Shown here piece by piece: positions 1 through 10,114 of a DNA stretch of 64,000 nucleotides. Numbering within the stretch: position 1 is the first letter of the stretch; every line of letters begins with the position of its first letter. The notes below the pieces were generated by a model, which saw only the letters and a program-made list of their open reading frames with translations, did not search any database and had not been told where the DNA came from. The DNA comes from Acetobacter sp. 46_36. GTDB taxonomy: Bacteria; Pseudomonadota; Alphaproteobacteria; RF32; CAG-239. The stretch spans positions 260,222 to 324,221 of the forward strand of contig MNTT01000015.1 of NCBI GenBank assembly GCA_001917135.1, written 5' to 3'. The translations under genes and the position numbers were made by a program.

Positions 1-775
1 ATATACGGCGGATAATGTTTTTTTCAATTCCCAAAGAAGCAATAAGTCTGATAAGTTTTTCAAGATTGTCAAGATTTTTGGGAGGGGCAATCAAAAAGTC
101 GAGTATTCCGTTATCAAAAATAAGCTTAAGCGTATTGACCGCATAGGGCGCCATAAGGATTTTAAACAATTCGTCTTTTATTTTTTCTGATGATATTTTT
201 CTTAATAAGTCTTTATTTTCAATACAGGCTTTTAACGATTTAGTGTCGATTTTTTTTCCGAACATGGCACAGAATCTGAAAAAGCGCATAATTCTGATAT
301 AATCACGTTCAATAGTTTCCTGTGGAATACCTATAAATTTGATAACTCCGTTTTCCAAATCATTGATACCGTTGTAATAATCAAAAACATTACCTTTTTC
401 ATCGGCATAAACGGCATTTATGGTAAGATCGCGTTTCGCCGCATCGCTCTTCCATTCGTCTTTGCCGTTGTCCTCTTCGGTACTTAAAGATGTAACCTTG
501 AAAAAACTGTCATTGATAATAACGCCGATTGTAAAAAATTGTATACCGATAGGGACACATCTGAGGCCTTCATCATCGCACATATCCGAAAATTCCGAAG
601 GGGACATATCCGTTACCATATCGATATCTGTCCTGTCTAATCCTGCAATAGCATCTCTTACCGCACCGCCGACAAAGCGCAAAACGCCGCCGTGCTTTTC
701 TACTAATTTAAACAGTTGAAGAATATCGTCGTTATTTATCAGTTTTTTCGGATTAATATAATCAGGATGAAACAT
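1..775 (-). CDS. cca: CCA-adding tRNA nucleotidyltransferase / poly(A) polymerase family, 5' part of the gene only (runs off the window start)
   Basis: Minus-strand ATG at 773-775. Translation MFHPDYINPKKL...LRFVGGAVRDAIAGLDRTDIDMVTDMSP...RDLTINAVYAD...ERDYIRIMRFFRF carries the GGxVRD / DxD / RDxTIN nucleotidyltransferase motifs. It is absent from the ORF track because the stop lies outside the window. Confidence 0.7.
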   Translation of the reverse strand, partial: MFHPDYINPKKLINNDDILQLFKLVEKHGGVLRFVGGAVRDAIAGLDRTDIDMVTDMSPSEFSDMCDDEGLRCVPIGIQFFTIGVIINDSFFKVTSLSTEEDNGKDEWKSDAAKRDLTINAVYADEKGNVFDYYNGINDLENGVIKFIGIPQETIERDYIRIMRFFRFCAMFGKKIDTKSLKACIENKDLLRKISSEKIKDELFKILMAPYAVNTLKLIFDNGILDFLIAPPKNLDNLEKLIRLIASLGIEKNIIRRI

Positions 776-877
776 TTAATGCCCTCTTTTTTGCGGTATT
801 TCTTAAACTTGTTAATTGTTTATTATAAATGTCTTAATTATGATATAACAAAATCAAATTTTTTAGGAATTAAAATC

Positions 878-1381
878 ATGAAAAAGTATGTTATTTTATC
901 CTTGGCTTTGCTTATTTCTTGTCCGGCTTTTGCAGGGAGTGTTCCTGTAGAGCTGGGAGAGTATGGCGACTGGACTGCATATTCATATAAAGAAGGAAAA
1001 AATTTGGTCTGTTATATGGCTTCGACGCCCAAAAAAGACGAAGGAAATTATAAAAAACGCGGGGATATATATGCCGTCGTAACCCATCGGCCTGCGGATA
1101 AAAGCTATAATGTAGTTAATTTTGTAGCCGGATATGATTATAAAAAAGGCTCCGGGGTGGTTGTAAAAATCGGTACAACGTCATTTAACAATCTGTTTAC
1201 CAGCGGAGATAACGCTTGGGCACCGGACGCTTCTACGGATAAGAAACTGGTTGATGCAATGAAGCGCGGACAAAGGATGATAGTTGAAGGAATGTCTTCA
1301 CGCGGAACCAAAACCAAGGACACATATTCTTTGGCCGGTTTTACGGGAGCTTATAAGGCAATCAGCGCAAAATGCAAATAA
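878..1381 (+). CDS. Secreted protein with cleavable signal peptide, IalB (invasion-associated locus B)-like family
   Basis: Internal ATG at 878 gives MKKYVILSLALLISCPAFAGS... (signal peptide), about 167 aa, two Cys. Architecture resembles alphaproteobacterial IalB family proteins. The longer ORF start at 716 is antisense to cca and lacks a signal peptide. Confidence 0.55.
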   Translation: MKKYVILSLALLISCPAFAGSVPVELGEYGDWTAYSYKEGKNLVCYMASTPKKDEGNYKKRGDIYAVVTHRPADKSYNVVNFVAGYDYKKGSGVVVKIGTTSFNNLFTSGDNAWAPDASTDKKLVDAMKRGQRMIVEGMSSRGTKTKDTYSLAGFTGAYKAISAKCK

Positions 1382-1391
1382 AGAGCATAAA

Positions 1392-2468
1392 ATGACAGAA
1401 AAAAAAGAACTTACAAATCTGACAAAAGAAGAATTAGTTGCAGAAATAGCCGGGCTTGGAGAAAAAAGTTTCCGGGCAAAACAATTGTGGCAATGGATAT
1501 ATTTTCGCGGTGTAACTGATTTTGCCGAAATGAGTAATCTTTCTTTGTCATTGCGGCAGAAACTGGAAGAAAACTATACGATTACCCGGCCAAAAATTAT
1601 TACGGAGCAAATATCCGTAGATAAAACCCACAAATGGTTGCTGGAGTTTAAGGACGGCGAACGCGTTGAAATGGTTTATATTCCGGAAAAAGACCGTGGA
1701 GCCGTATGTATTTCTACTCAGGTAGGCTGCGCAATGGGGTGTCGATTCTGCCACACCGGAAGCCAGAAATTTACCCGGAATTTGACTGTCGGAGAAATTG
1801 TCGGACAATTTATGGTGGCTCGCGATGCGTATGGCGAATGGCCGAGCCCGACAGATGAAGTGCGCTACCTTTCCAATATTGTGGTTATGGGAATGGGGGA
1901 ACCTTTAAACAACCTTGATAATGTTGTAAAAGCCCTGAATATTATAACCGATTGTGAGGGGATAGGAATTTCCCGTCGGCGCGTTACTATGTCAACCTCC
2001 GGGATTGCGCCCCGCATTGTGGAGGCTTTACAGCGAACGGGAGTTCGGCTTGCTGTTTCTCTTCATGCACCGAACAATATGATTCGTTCACAAATTATGC
2101 CTATAAACGATAAATTCAAAATTGAAGAAATAATGAAAGCCTGCGCTGAATATCAAAAAGGGGATCACAGTCGCTATATTACGTTTGAGTACCTTCTTTT
2201 AAAAAGGATAAATGATAGCCAGGACAATGCCGAAGAGTTGATTTCGCTTTTGAAAAAATATAAACTTCGCGCACTGTTTAATTTAATTCCTTTTAATCCC
2301 TGGCCCGGATGCGAATTTCAGCCAAGCGATAAAAAAACTGTCGAGGCCTTTTCGAATACTCTGGAAAAAGCAGGATTCGCAGCACCGGTCAGAGTAGCGC
2401 GGGGACAAGATATTTTGGCTGCCTGCGGTCAGCTAAAATCAAAATTGCCTGGAAAAAAAATGTCTTAA
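1392..2468 (+). CDS. rlmN: 23S rRNA m2A2503 / tRNA m2A37 methyltransferase (radical SAM)
   Basis: Radical-SAM CxxxCxxC motif (GCAMGCRFCHTG), GMGEPLNN motif and an overall RlmN-like sequence. Start chosen at MTEKKELTNL (1392) rather than the track's 1284. Confidence 0.9.
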   Translation: MTEKKELTNLTKEELVAEIAGLGEKSFRAKQLWQWIYFRGVTDFAEMSNLSLSLRQKLEENYTITRPKIITEQISVDKTHKWLLEFKDGERVEMVYIPEKDRGAVCISTQVGCAMGCRFCHTGSQKFTRNLTVGEIVGQFMVARDAYGEWPSPTDEVRYLSNIVVMGMGEPLNNLDNVVKALNIITDCEGIGISRRRVTMSTSGIAPRIVEALQRTGVRLAVSLHAPNNMIRSQIMPINDKFKIEEIMKACAEYQKGDHSRYITFEYLLLKRINDSQDNAEELISLLKKYKLRALFNLIPFNPWPGCEFQPSDKKTVEAFSNTLEKAGFAAPVRVARGQDILAACGQLKSKLPGKKMS

Positions 2469-2473
2469 GTTAA

Positions 2474-3397
2474 TTATATTCTGCAAGCACCTTCAATTTG
2501 GTGGTCAAGCCGGTCTTCATGGATGCCATAGGGGTCTTGGTGGATAAGCACCTGGCTTCCGGGATATGCTTCAAGTATTTTATGCTCAACCGCATCTGCC
2601 AGTTCATGAGCTTTGAGCAAAGATATGGAACCGTCAATTTCCAGATGAAGTTCAAAGTAATAAATATCACCCAGGCTTCTGCTGCGAAAATCGTGCATTC
2701 CGTGTATTCCTTTGCTGTTACGGACAATTTCCGTAATTTTTTCCCTGATTTCGGGAGCTAGTTCCTTGTCGGTTATCTGTTCTACGGATTCTGCAGCCAG
2801 CTGATAAGCATTATACAGTAAATATGCCGAAATAAACAATGCAGCGATTACATCAAAGTATGCAAAACCAAAAAAATGCACCAAAAGCAATGATAAAACA
2901 ACCGTTGCATTTGTCAGAAAGTCAACCGTATAATGCGCTCGATCCGCCTTAATTGCCAGAGAATTGGTCTTATTAGCAACATATGTCTGAAATAAAACCA
3001 ACAGCACAGTTGCCAGAATGCTGAAAAGCATAACCGCAATTCCTATAGCCGTTTGTTCTATTTGCACCGGATATATAAGTCTTTTTATTCCGTCTGCAAT
3101 AACAAAAATTCCAGATGCTCCGACAAAAATAGCCTGCAAAAAGGCGCTTAACGCCTCTGATTTGCCATATCCGTAGCGATGTTCTTTAGTAGCCGGTTTA
3201 GTTGAAAAATAAACCGCGGCGAAAGAAACAGCCGATGCAAACAAATCGGTAACACTGTCGGCAAGGGAAGAAAAAATGGCCAGAGAATCTGTCTTTATAA
3301 AAGCTGCAAGTTTCAAAACAATAAGCAAAACAGCCAGAGAAACACCGGCGATTGCTGCTGCTTTTTTCAAATAATTATTTTGTTCTTGTGATGTCAT
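2474..3397 (-). CDS. Cation diffusion facilitator (CDF) family metal efflux transporter
   Basis: Six TM helices with a HD/HxxxD-type motif (SLADSVTDL), C-terminal cytoplasmic domain, CDF-like. Confidence 0.8.
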   Translation of the reverse strand: MTSQEQNNYLKKAAAIAGVSLAVLLIVLKLAAFIKTDSLAIFSSLADSVTDLFASAVSFAAVYFSTKPATKEHRYGYGKSEALSAFLQAIFVGASGIFVIADGIKRLIYPVQIEQTAIGIAVMLFSILATVLLVLFQTYVANKTNSLAIKADRAHYTVDFLTNATVVLSLLLVHFFGFAYFDVIAALFISAYLLYNAYQLAAESVEQITDKELAPEIREKITEIVRNSKGIHGMHDFRSRSLGDIYYFELHLEIDGSISLLKAHELADAVEHKILEAYPGSQVLIHQDPYGIHEDRLDHQIEGACRI

Positions 3398-6300
3398 TTT
3401 TTATTTTTTCCCATGTTTCTTTTGATATTTCCAAATATTTTCCCCGAACATATTTTTCAAAAAATTCAATATGTTTTCCGTTTGGCGCTTTCAGAAATTC
3501 ATACTGTACATAATATTTGCCGTCATCACTTTGATAAAAAACAAGGTCTACCAAATTATTATGCTCTGCACTGATTTCCAGATTGGCCAGTTTTTTTCCT
3601 TTGATATTTTCTGATATACTTTGATAATAAACATTCAACAAAATTTTTGCGATATTCATTACTTTTATGTTATCGGTTATTTGATTGCAGCTGATTAACC
3701 GTCCAAAACGAAGATTCCATAAACTGCTGTAGGTCCAGGCATTTCTGTCAAGAGAGAGGTCATAAAAATCTGCATCGGCTTCCCATACCTGAAATTGATT
3801 TTTCAACCTTATAAAAGCGGCTTTTGATCCTCGTCCCAAATCCATATCGTACCAGCCTATCTCAAAGTTTTCGATTTCCTGATTAGCATTGTTGTATAAA
3901 CCGACTTCTATCGTGGGCGAATTTTCGTTTTTTAGGGAAGAAAAGCCAAAATATTTCATATCGGCAATTTTATCCGATTTTTTTTCATAAAACGTCATAT
4001 TATTTAGTGCAATTAAAAATCTGCGGATTCGTTCCTGATAAACCGGTATGTTTGGATATTCTTCCAATATCCATATGCCGCTTTCTTTTTTAAATGTCAG
4101 TGATGTCCGGCTGTTTTTCAGCTTTATCAGGGATATATCATTAATTTTGCTACTAAAGTCTTTAAATACCGGTTGTCCTTCATATTCCGAAATACTGTTT
4201 TTGTTTTCCATGTAAATGCTGAAAAAAGCAAGGGCGGCTATTATGGCAACCCATGCAGCCAGTTTGCCGGTTTGATGGTCAATAATAAAAAATTCCTTAA
4301 TGTTGCAAAGAACGGCAGTACGTTTTTTATAATTGAGATTAGTTAGTAAAACAATAAAGATGATAATTAAGGCCACAAAGTAGATATTGAAAAATTTAAC
4401 TTTGACTTCAAGCTGTTCAATATCTCTGTTGGCATTTAGTTTTAATGTGCTGAGTTGTTGTCTGAGATGGTCGATTTCCGTGCGGATATTTCCGATAACG
4501 GCCAGTTCGTCTGAGCTGAAAGTTCCGCGTTCTTCAAAATTCTTTTTTGCAATAACTTCTGCCAGTCCCTGCTTTGCACCGTCTATAGCCTGAAAAATAT
4601 CGTTTTCCTTTAATTTATAACGATACATATTGGCTTTACGCATATTTTCAACTTTATATAACGGGCGTCTTTGGGCATTTTTTCCCCGCAGACTGATTAA
4701 ATCGTCATTTTCTGTCAGATAGTCAAGTGCGTTCATAATAAAGTTTGCACTGTCAAAAATCGGCGTTTGATAAGATAAATCCAAAAATTTGGTTTCTTTA
4801 GCCCAAAAGGCGTCGTACATAAAGTCTGTGTCTCCGACGGCGATAACGTCAAAAGGATTTTTAGGATTATTGCTTAAGAATTCAGCTGCGATGACAATAA
4901 CGTTATTTCCCGGAGTATATTGCTGAAGCACTTCTCTGGGGCTTTTGCTTTCTTTAGCCAGTAAGACATTTAACATTGAGGAATTTCTGCTGGTTTTGAT
5001 TAGAGGAAAATATAAGACGTCGTTTCCCGGTTTGGGCATAACCATCGTTGCTGACGAAAACAAAATGTTATTCAGCTTATATGTTGTTCTGTGGTTTGGA
5101 TTAAAGTCATCCGCGGTAACCTTAAATTGTAAGAGGTCTTGCGTAAAGGACGGGTTGGTTCTGTAATTGATTGTTTCATCTACTGTTATGGAGTTGTCAA
5201 AATCTGCCGCGACGCCGATATCATAAAACTGAATTCCCCAATAGTCGGCAAGCTCGAAAATATCTGACGTTATAAATTGTCCTCCCAGCGGAGAATATAA
5301 GCGCGACGCGTCATCGGCAACGTCCATCAGCAACAAAACTTTAGGCTGTTTTTTTATTTTTTCAATAACATCTTCGCTCAGCCCGTAAGGATGCACCATC
5401 ATCAAAACATCGTATTGCTGATTTAAATCGTCGGGTTTCTCGATAATTTTAACTTTATAAAGTTCTTCAATATATTTAAGGATTTCCCATTTCCTCATCA
5501 TAACATCGTTTTGTCTGACGCCTCCGTTTATCGGCAAGGAGCTTAAAATGCCGATAGTCTTCTTTTTATGGTGCATTTTGTAAATATTCGTGGTCAGATC
5601 CTGTTCTAAGAACGGAAGCCTTTCAATCGAAAAAAACGGAATAACGGCCTTGTTTGTAAGGCTGTCGGAAAGGCTGAGCCCGAACAAAGCGTTTTGGTTA
5701 ATATCTATTAGAGGAATTGGCTGCAACCCTTCGGCTAAAGCCCTGTCTTCGTCTTTATCCAAAAATTCTGGAGTATAAATTTTATAGTCAAATTTTCCGT
5801 TTGCATAAGTTTTATATTGCTTAAGTATCAGTTTTATGCGGTCGAATATCTGCCGGACTTCCGGATTTCTCTGTCCCAAAATCGGGGAATAATATAATTT
5901 GGCAATGACCGGGCGTTCAAGTCTGCGCAAAATATTTTTCGTGTTTTGCGTCAGGCTGAGATATTTTTCTTCCGTAAAATCGTAGCTTATCTGCCGCAGA
6001 ACATTATTGGCAATAATGTTTAAGCCAAAAAAGCCGATAAATAAAAGCATAAGCACCAAAACACCGTGCTTGACGCTTGAAGATGAAATCAAACCTGAAG
6101 AGCCTTTTGTTTTCAGGCTGATGATGGCAATTGTTATTAAATTGAAGAAAACAATCAACGAGCCGAAGAAAACTAAGTCTCTTAATTCAACCAATCCTCG
6201 GCTTAAAGAGGCAAAATGGGCAAGGAAACTGAACGAAATAATAGTGTCGACAATAACGTCGCTGAACAGTTCTCTGGCCCAGAACAAAACATACTCAAAT

Positions 6301-6833
6301 CCGCTCCAGAAAAACAAAAGATTAACAAAAACGCCTAAAACCAGGGCAATAACGGGACTCTTTGTTAATGCCGACATCGTTTGTGATATGGCAAGCATCG
6401 CGCCGGCCAGAATAAAACAGCCGAGATAGCCGATTATAATAACCGTATTATCCGGATTTCCCAAGATATTAACGGTAATCCAAAACGGAAAAGTCAGTAA
6501 AATGGCTATTATTGCAAAAATCCATGATGCCAAAAATTTGCCCCATACCAAATCGGTTACGGAAACAGGAACAGTTAAAATTTGTACAATACTTTTAGTG
6601 TGAAACTCTTCGGCCCAGCTGCGCATGGCAATTCCCGGGATAAACAGCAGATAAATCCAAGGCTGATAATCAAAAAGCCCCCATAGCGAAGCGTATCCGT
6701 CCATAAAAAAATGGCCGAAATAAATGGCGCAGGAGCCGCTTAACAGCAGAAAACCGACCAGATAAACATAAGCCAGAGGAGACAGAAAATACCGTATTAG
6801 TTCATACTTAATGATAGTTTTTATGCTGTTCAT
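3375..6833 (-). CDS. Fused ABC-2 type permease (GldF-like) + GldG-like auxiliary domain + C-terminal DUF4340-like region; 1152 aa
   Basis: N-terminal ~240 aa are a multi-TM ABC-2 permease. Then a large periplasmic region, a TM segment (FNIYFVALIIIFIVLLT) and a further ~350 aa. Sits directly downstream of an ABC ATPase with a 4-nt overlap. Confidence 0.7.
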   Translation of the reverse strand: MNSIKTIIKYELIRYFLSPLAYVYLVGFLLLSGSCAIYFGHFFMDGYASLWGLFDYQPWIYLLFIPGIAMRSWAEEFHTKSIVQILTVPVSVTDLVWGKFLASWIFAIIAILLTFPFWITVNILGNPDNTVIIIGYLGCFILAGAMLAISQTMSALTKSPVIALVLGVFVNLLFFWSGFEYVLFWARELFSDVIVDTIISFSFLAHFASLSRGLVELRDLVFFGSLIVFFNLITIAIISLKTKGSSGLISSSSVKHGVLVLMLLFIGFFGLNIIANNVLRQISYDFTEEKYLSLTQNTKNILRRLERPVIAKLYYSPILGQRNPEVRQIFDRIKLILKQYKTYANGKFDYKIYTPEFLDKDEDRALAEGLQPIPLIDINQNALFGLSLSDSLTNKAVIPFFSIERLPFLEQDLTTNIYKMHHKKKTIGILSSLPINGGVRQNDVMMRKWEILKYIEELYKVKIIEKPDDLNQQYDVLMMVHPYGLSEDVIEKIKKQPKVLLLMDVADDASRLYSPLGGQFITSDIFELADYWGIQFYDIGVAADFDNSITVDETINYRTNPSFTQDLLQFKVTADDFNPNHRTTYKLNNILFSSATMVMPKPGNDVLYFPLIKTSRNSSMLNVLLAKESKSPREVLQQYTPGNNVIVIAAEFLSNNPKNPFDVIAVGDTDFMYDAFWAKETKFLDLSYQTPIFDSANFIMNALDYLTENDDLISLRGKNAQRRPLYKVENMRKANMYRYKLKENDIFQAIDGAKQGLAEVIAKKNFEERGTFSSDELAVIGNIRTEIDHLRQQLSTLKLNANRDIEQLEVKVKFFNIYFVALIIIFIVLLTNLNYKKRTAVLCNIKEFFIIDHQTGKLAAWVAIIAALAFFSIYMENKNSISEYEGQPVFKDFSSKINDISLIKLKNSRTSLTFKKESGIWILEEYPNIPVYQERIRRFLIALNNMTFYEKKSDKIADMKYFGFSSLKNENSPTIEVGLYNNANQEIENFEIGWYDMDLGRGSKAAFIRLKNQFQVWEADADFYDLSLDRNAWTYSSLWNLRFGRLISCNQITDNIKVMNIAKILLNVYYQSISENIKGKKLANLEISAEHNNLVDLVFYQSDDGKYYVQYEFLKAPNGKHIEFFEKYVRGKYLEISKETWEKIKNDITRTK

Positions 6834-7657
6834 GCCAGGGGCTCCTTCGCAACAGTCAGTTTTCGGAACGCTTTTTCCAACAAATCGCTTTTTGTTGCCT
6901 TTAAAATATCCTGCAATGTTCCGTCCGCGGCAATTCTGCCTTTGTTAATAAGGATAATGCGTGAAGCAAGAGTTTCAGCTTCATCCAGAAGGTGTGTCGA
7001 AATAATGATTGTTTTGTCTTTTCCCATGTCTTTGATTAAACGGCGCATATGCTCTTTCTGATTGGGGTCGAGGCCGTCTGTCGGCTCGTCTAAAAGCAAA
7101 ATAGGCGGATTACCGATAATGCTTTGAGCAAAACCGACCCGTCGTAAATATCCTTTTGATAAAGTTTCTATTTTTTGTTGGATAATATCCCGAATTTTTG
7201 CTAAATCAATAATACGTGCAAATTCGTTATCATATATTTTTCTTATTTGTTGTTTGCTTTGCGTTTCTGTTTCCACAAGATTAAGCTTTAATTCTATCAT
7301 ATATCTTAAAAACAATTTAACGGTCATATCCGCATACATCGGAGCGCCTTCCGGCAGAAAGCCTATATCTTTTTTTGTGGCAATGCTTTCTTTGCTTACA
7401 TCTTTCCCATTGACGAAGATTGTACCTTCAGACGGAGAAATAAAACCGGAAATCATATTCATCAGCGTAGATTTTCCTGCACCGTTAGGGCCGAGCAAAG
7501 CGATGATTTCTCCCGTACTGGCGCCAAATGAAACATTATCCACGGCCGTTAAAGTTCCGTATAATTTGGAAACATTCTCCAGACAGACTGAAAAAGGCTG
7601 AGTTTTCCTTTTAATTTGCTTCATAAATTTCACCTCCGGGGATAGGTTGGCTGACAC
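6830..7657 (-). CDS. ABC transporter ATP-binding protein (GldA-like partner of the fused permease)
   Basis: Walker A GPNGAGKST, ABC signature LSKGYLRRV, Walker B ILLLDEPT. The start could be the internal MKQIKRK (about 7624), which would reduce the overlap with anmK. Confidence 0.85.
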   Translation of the reverse strand: MSANLSPEVKFMKQIKRKTQPFSVCLENVSKLYGTLTAVDNVSFGASTGEIIALLGPNGAGKSTLMNMISGFISPSEGTIFVNGKDVSKESIATKKDIGFLPEGAPMYADMTVKLFLRYMIELKLNLVETETQSKQQIRKIYDNEFARIIDLAKIRDIIQQKIETLSKGYLRRVGFAQSIIGNPPILLLDEPTDGLDPNQKEHMRRLIKDMGKDKTIIISTHLLDEAETLASRIILINKGRIAADGTLQDILKATKSDLLEKAFRKLTVAKEPLA

Positions 7658-8711
7658 CTGTTGTGGACGGAAAAGTTATCGGCAGGGAATAAACCGCCCG
7701 TGCACTCAGAAAAGCGCTGATTTCGGCATTAACGGTATCAGTTGGGATATCAGCCTCTTTACTCACAATAACATCCATATTGGGCAGCCTTTGTCGAATA
7801 AAACGAACCAGCGTCGGGTTGCCTGCGCCTTTGCCGCAGACAATGACTTTTTTAGGAAGTTCCGGCAGATAAAGACAGATTGAATAACAGATTGCTTCGG
7901 CAACAAAAGCCGTTGCCGTTGCTGCTCCGTCCTCCAACGAAAGCCCTTCTAAATGCTCAGCTTTATCGGCAAAAATCCCTGTATAAGCTGCTTTTGGTGG
8001 AAATTTCGCAAAAAATTTATGATGCATTAAAGAGTTCACAATTTTTTCGTGGACTTTTCCCATAATAGCCAGCCTGCCGTTGTAATCATTTTCCATATTT
8101 GCGTGTTTGGATGTCCAGTTGTTAATAAAGTTATCGCCCGGACCACAATCAAAACCTACAATTTCGCCAAATGACCCAATCCAGGTAATGCTTGATTTGC
8201 CGCTGATGTTTACATATGCAGCGGGTTTTGTTTCATCAATTCCGACAGCATTAAAATAACTTGAAGAAATAGGCGTTCCCTGGCCGCCGCTGCAAATATC
8301 GGCATTACGAAAATGGGTTACGGTTTTAATGCCGGTTCGGGCTGCAATGTATCTTCCGTTTCCCAATTGATAAGTATAAGGAATGTTCGGGTTATGCATA
8401 ATTGTCAATCCGTCGATTCCGATTAAATCTATTTCATCTTCATATTCGTTTTTAAATTCATTGATAAGCTGAATGTAGAAATCTGAAACTTCTTCATCGA
8501 CTTTTTTTAGTTTCTCTTCATTTTCCGGTGTATTTTTTTGTAAACCATAAACAGCTTTTATATGGTCCTTCATCATATCGGGGTAGGGAACGGCATAAGC
8601 TTTTTTCCGCTCGTTTATATCAAGGCCGTCAGTCTTAATCAACGCGAGTTCGACGCCCCCGAAAGTTGAGGTTCCCGATAGGCCGAGACAATTTAATCCC
8701 TTAATAACCAT
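7611..8711 (-). CDS. anmK: Anhydro-N-acetylmuramic acid kinase
   Basis: MVIKGLNCLGLSGTSTFGGVELALI... ASKHA-fold; AnmK-like over its full length (~366 aa). Confidence 0.8.
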   Translation of the reverse strand: MVIKGLNCLGLSGTSTFGGVELALIKTDGLDINERKKAYAVPYPDMMKDHIKAVYGLQKNTPENEEKLKKVDEEVSDFYIQLINEFKNEYEDEIDLIGIDGLTIMHNPNIPYTYQLGNGRYIAARTGIKTVTHFRNADICSGGQGTPISSSYFNAVGIDETKPAAYVNISGKSSITWIGSFGEIVGFDCGPGDNFINNWTSKHANMENDYNGRLAIMGKVHEKIVNSLMHHKFFAKFPPKAAYTGIFADKAEHLEGLSLEDGAATATAFVAEAICYSICLYLPELPKKVIVCGKGAGNPTLVRFIRQRLPNMDVIVSKEADIPTDTVNAEISAFLSARAVYSLPITFPSTTGVSQPIPGGEIYEAN

Positions 8712-8791
8712 ATAAAAAAACGCCTCTTTATAATTGCAATATCAAATTATTATGCTAATATGCCTTAAAATTTAGTAATAAGGAAGTAAAA

Positions 8792-10045
8792 ATGACAAGT
8801 TTTAAATCAGAATTTTTAAACATAATGCACGAGCGCGGCTTTTACAATCAATGCACGAATGAGCTGGGTTTTGACGAATATCTTGCCGATTGTGAAAAGA
8901 AAGGGATGCCGGCAGTGGGGTATTTGGGGTCGGATCCGACCGGAGACAGCCTGCATGTGGGGCATATAGTACCTCTGATGATGCTGCGTTGGTTCCAAAA
9001 ATGCGGACATAAGCCGTTGACTCTGGTGGGCGGCGCAACGGCGCGTATCGGCGATCCGTCCGGCAAAGACAAACTGCGTCCGTTTTTAAGCGAAGAAGCG
9101 CTGGCGCACAATGTACAGGGACTCAAGAAATCGTTTATGAAATTCCTTAAATTCGGCGATGGCAAAAATGATGCGCTGATGGTTGACAACTATGACTGGT
9201 TCAAAGACATTAACTATTTGGAATTCCTGCGGGATATCGGCACCTGTTATTCCGTCAACCGGATGCTGACGATGGACAGCGTAAAAAGTCGTCTTGAACG
9301 TGAACAGCCTATGTCTTTTCTTGAATTTAACTATATGCTTCTTCAGGGGTATGATTTTTGTGTTTTGTTGCAAAAATATGGCTGCCGTGCCCAGATTGCC
9401 GGAGCTGACCAATGGGGAAACATCGTTTCGGGCACAGAACTCGGACGGCGCCGTTATGATACGGAATTGTTTGGGTTTACCAGTCCGATTATTACGGATT
9501 CGGCGGGTAAAAAAATGGGAAAATCGGAGGGGAATGCCGTTTGGATAAATGAAGATAAACTCCCTGCTTACGATTACTATCAGTATTTTCGCAATATTGG
9601 CGATGCCGAAGTTGGTAAATGTCTGCGGATATTCACGGATTTGCCGATGGATGAGGTTCACCGTCTGGAAGTTCTGCAGGACAAGGAAATAAACGAAGCC
9701 AAAAAGATACTTGCTTTTGAAGCGACCAAAATCTGCCGGGGAGAAACTGAAGCAGCTGCTGCGCAGGAAACGGCCGTAAAAACCTTTGAAAAGGGTATTG
9801 CCGGTGATGATTTGCCGACGGTTTCCGGGACAAAAGCCGGGGTAGGGGTGCTTGACGCATTTATGGCGCTTGGTTTTGTTGCCAGCAAAGGGGAAGCCCG
9901 CCGCTTGATAAAACAAGCCGGCTTGAAATTAAACGACAAGGTTATTACCAACGAGAATTATGTCATTACCGAAAAAGATATTGAAAACGGCAATATAAAA
10001 CTCTCGCAGGGAAAAAAGAAGCACGGGCTTCTGGTTCTTAAATAA
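8792..10045 (+). CDS. tyrS: Tyrosyl-tRNA synthetase
   Basis: HIGH motif (GHIVPLMML region), KMSKS (KMGKS), C-terminal S4-like domain. Confidence 0.9.
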   Translation: MTSFKSEFLNIMHERGFYNQCTNELGFDEYLADCEKKGMPAVGYLGSDPTGDSLHVGHIVPLMMLRWFQKCGHKPLTLVGGATARIGDPSGKDKLRPFLSEEALAHNVQGLKKSFMKFLKFGDGKNDALMVDNYDWFKDINYLEFLRDIGTCYSVNRMLTMDSVKSRLEREQPMSFLEFNYMLLQGYDFCVLLQKYGCRAQIAGADQWGNIVSGTELGRRRYDTELFGFTSPIITDSAGKKMGKSEGNAVWINEDKLPAYDYYQYFRNIGDAEVGKCLRIFTDLPMDEVHRLEVLQDKEINEAKKILAFEATKICRGETEAAAAQETAVKTFEKGIAGDDLPTVSGTKAGVGVLDAFMALGFVASKGEARRLIKQAGLKLNDKVITNENYVITEKDIENGNIKLSQGKKKHGLLVLK

Positions 10046-10050
10046 AAACA

Positions 10051-10068
10051 AGGGGCTGAAAAGCCCCT
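10051..10068. terminator. Bidirectional rho-independent terminator hairpin between convergent tyrS and cvpA
   Basis: AGGGGCT-GAAA-AGCCCCT: 7-bp GC-rich stem with a GAAA tetraloop, T-runs on both strands. Confidence 0.6.
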
Positions 10069-10114
10069 TTGACATATTCCTCCGCTAAACGATGCTTATA
10101 ATGTTTTCTAGCGG

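Noticed and set aside
420-877. Plus-strand ORFs 420-719 and the 5' part of 716-1381
   Set aside because: They lie antisense to a well-supported cca-like nucleotidyltransferase gene. No RBS or family resemblance. The IalB-like gene is better started at the internal ATG 878, which gives a signal peptide.
9086-9916. 276-aa minus-strand ORF inside tyrS
   Set aside because: Entirely antisense to tyrS, which has unmistakable class-I synthetase motifs. Arg/Phe-rich composition typical of an antisense artefact.
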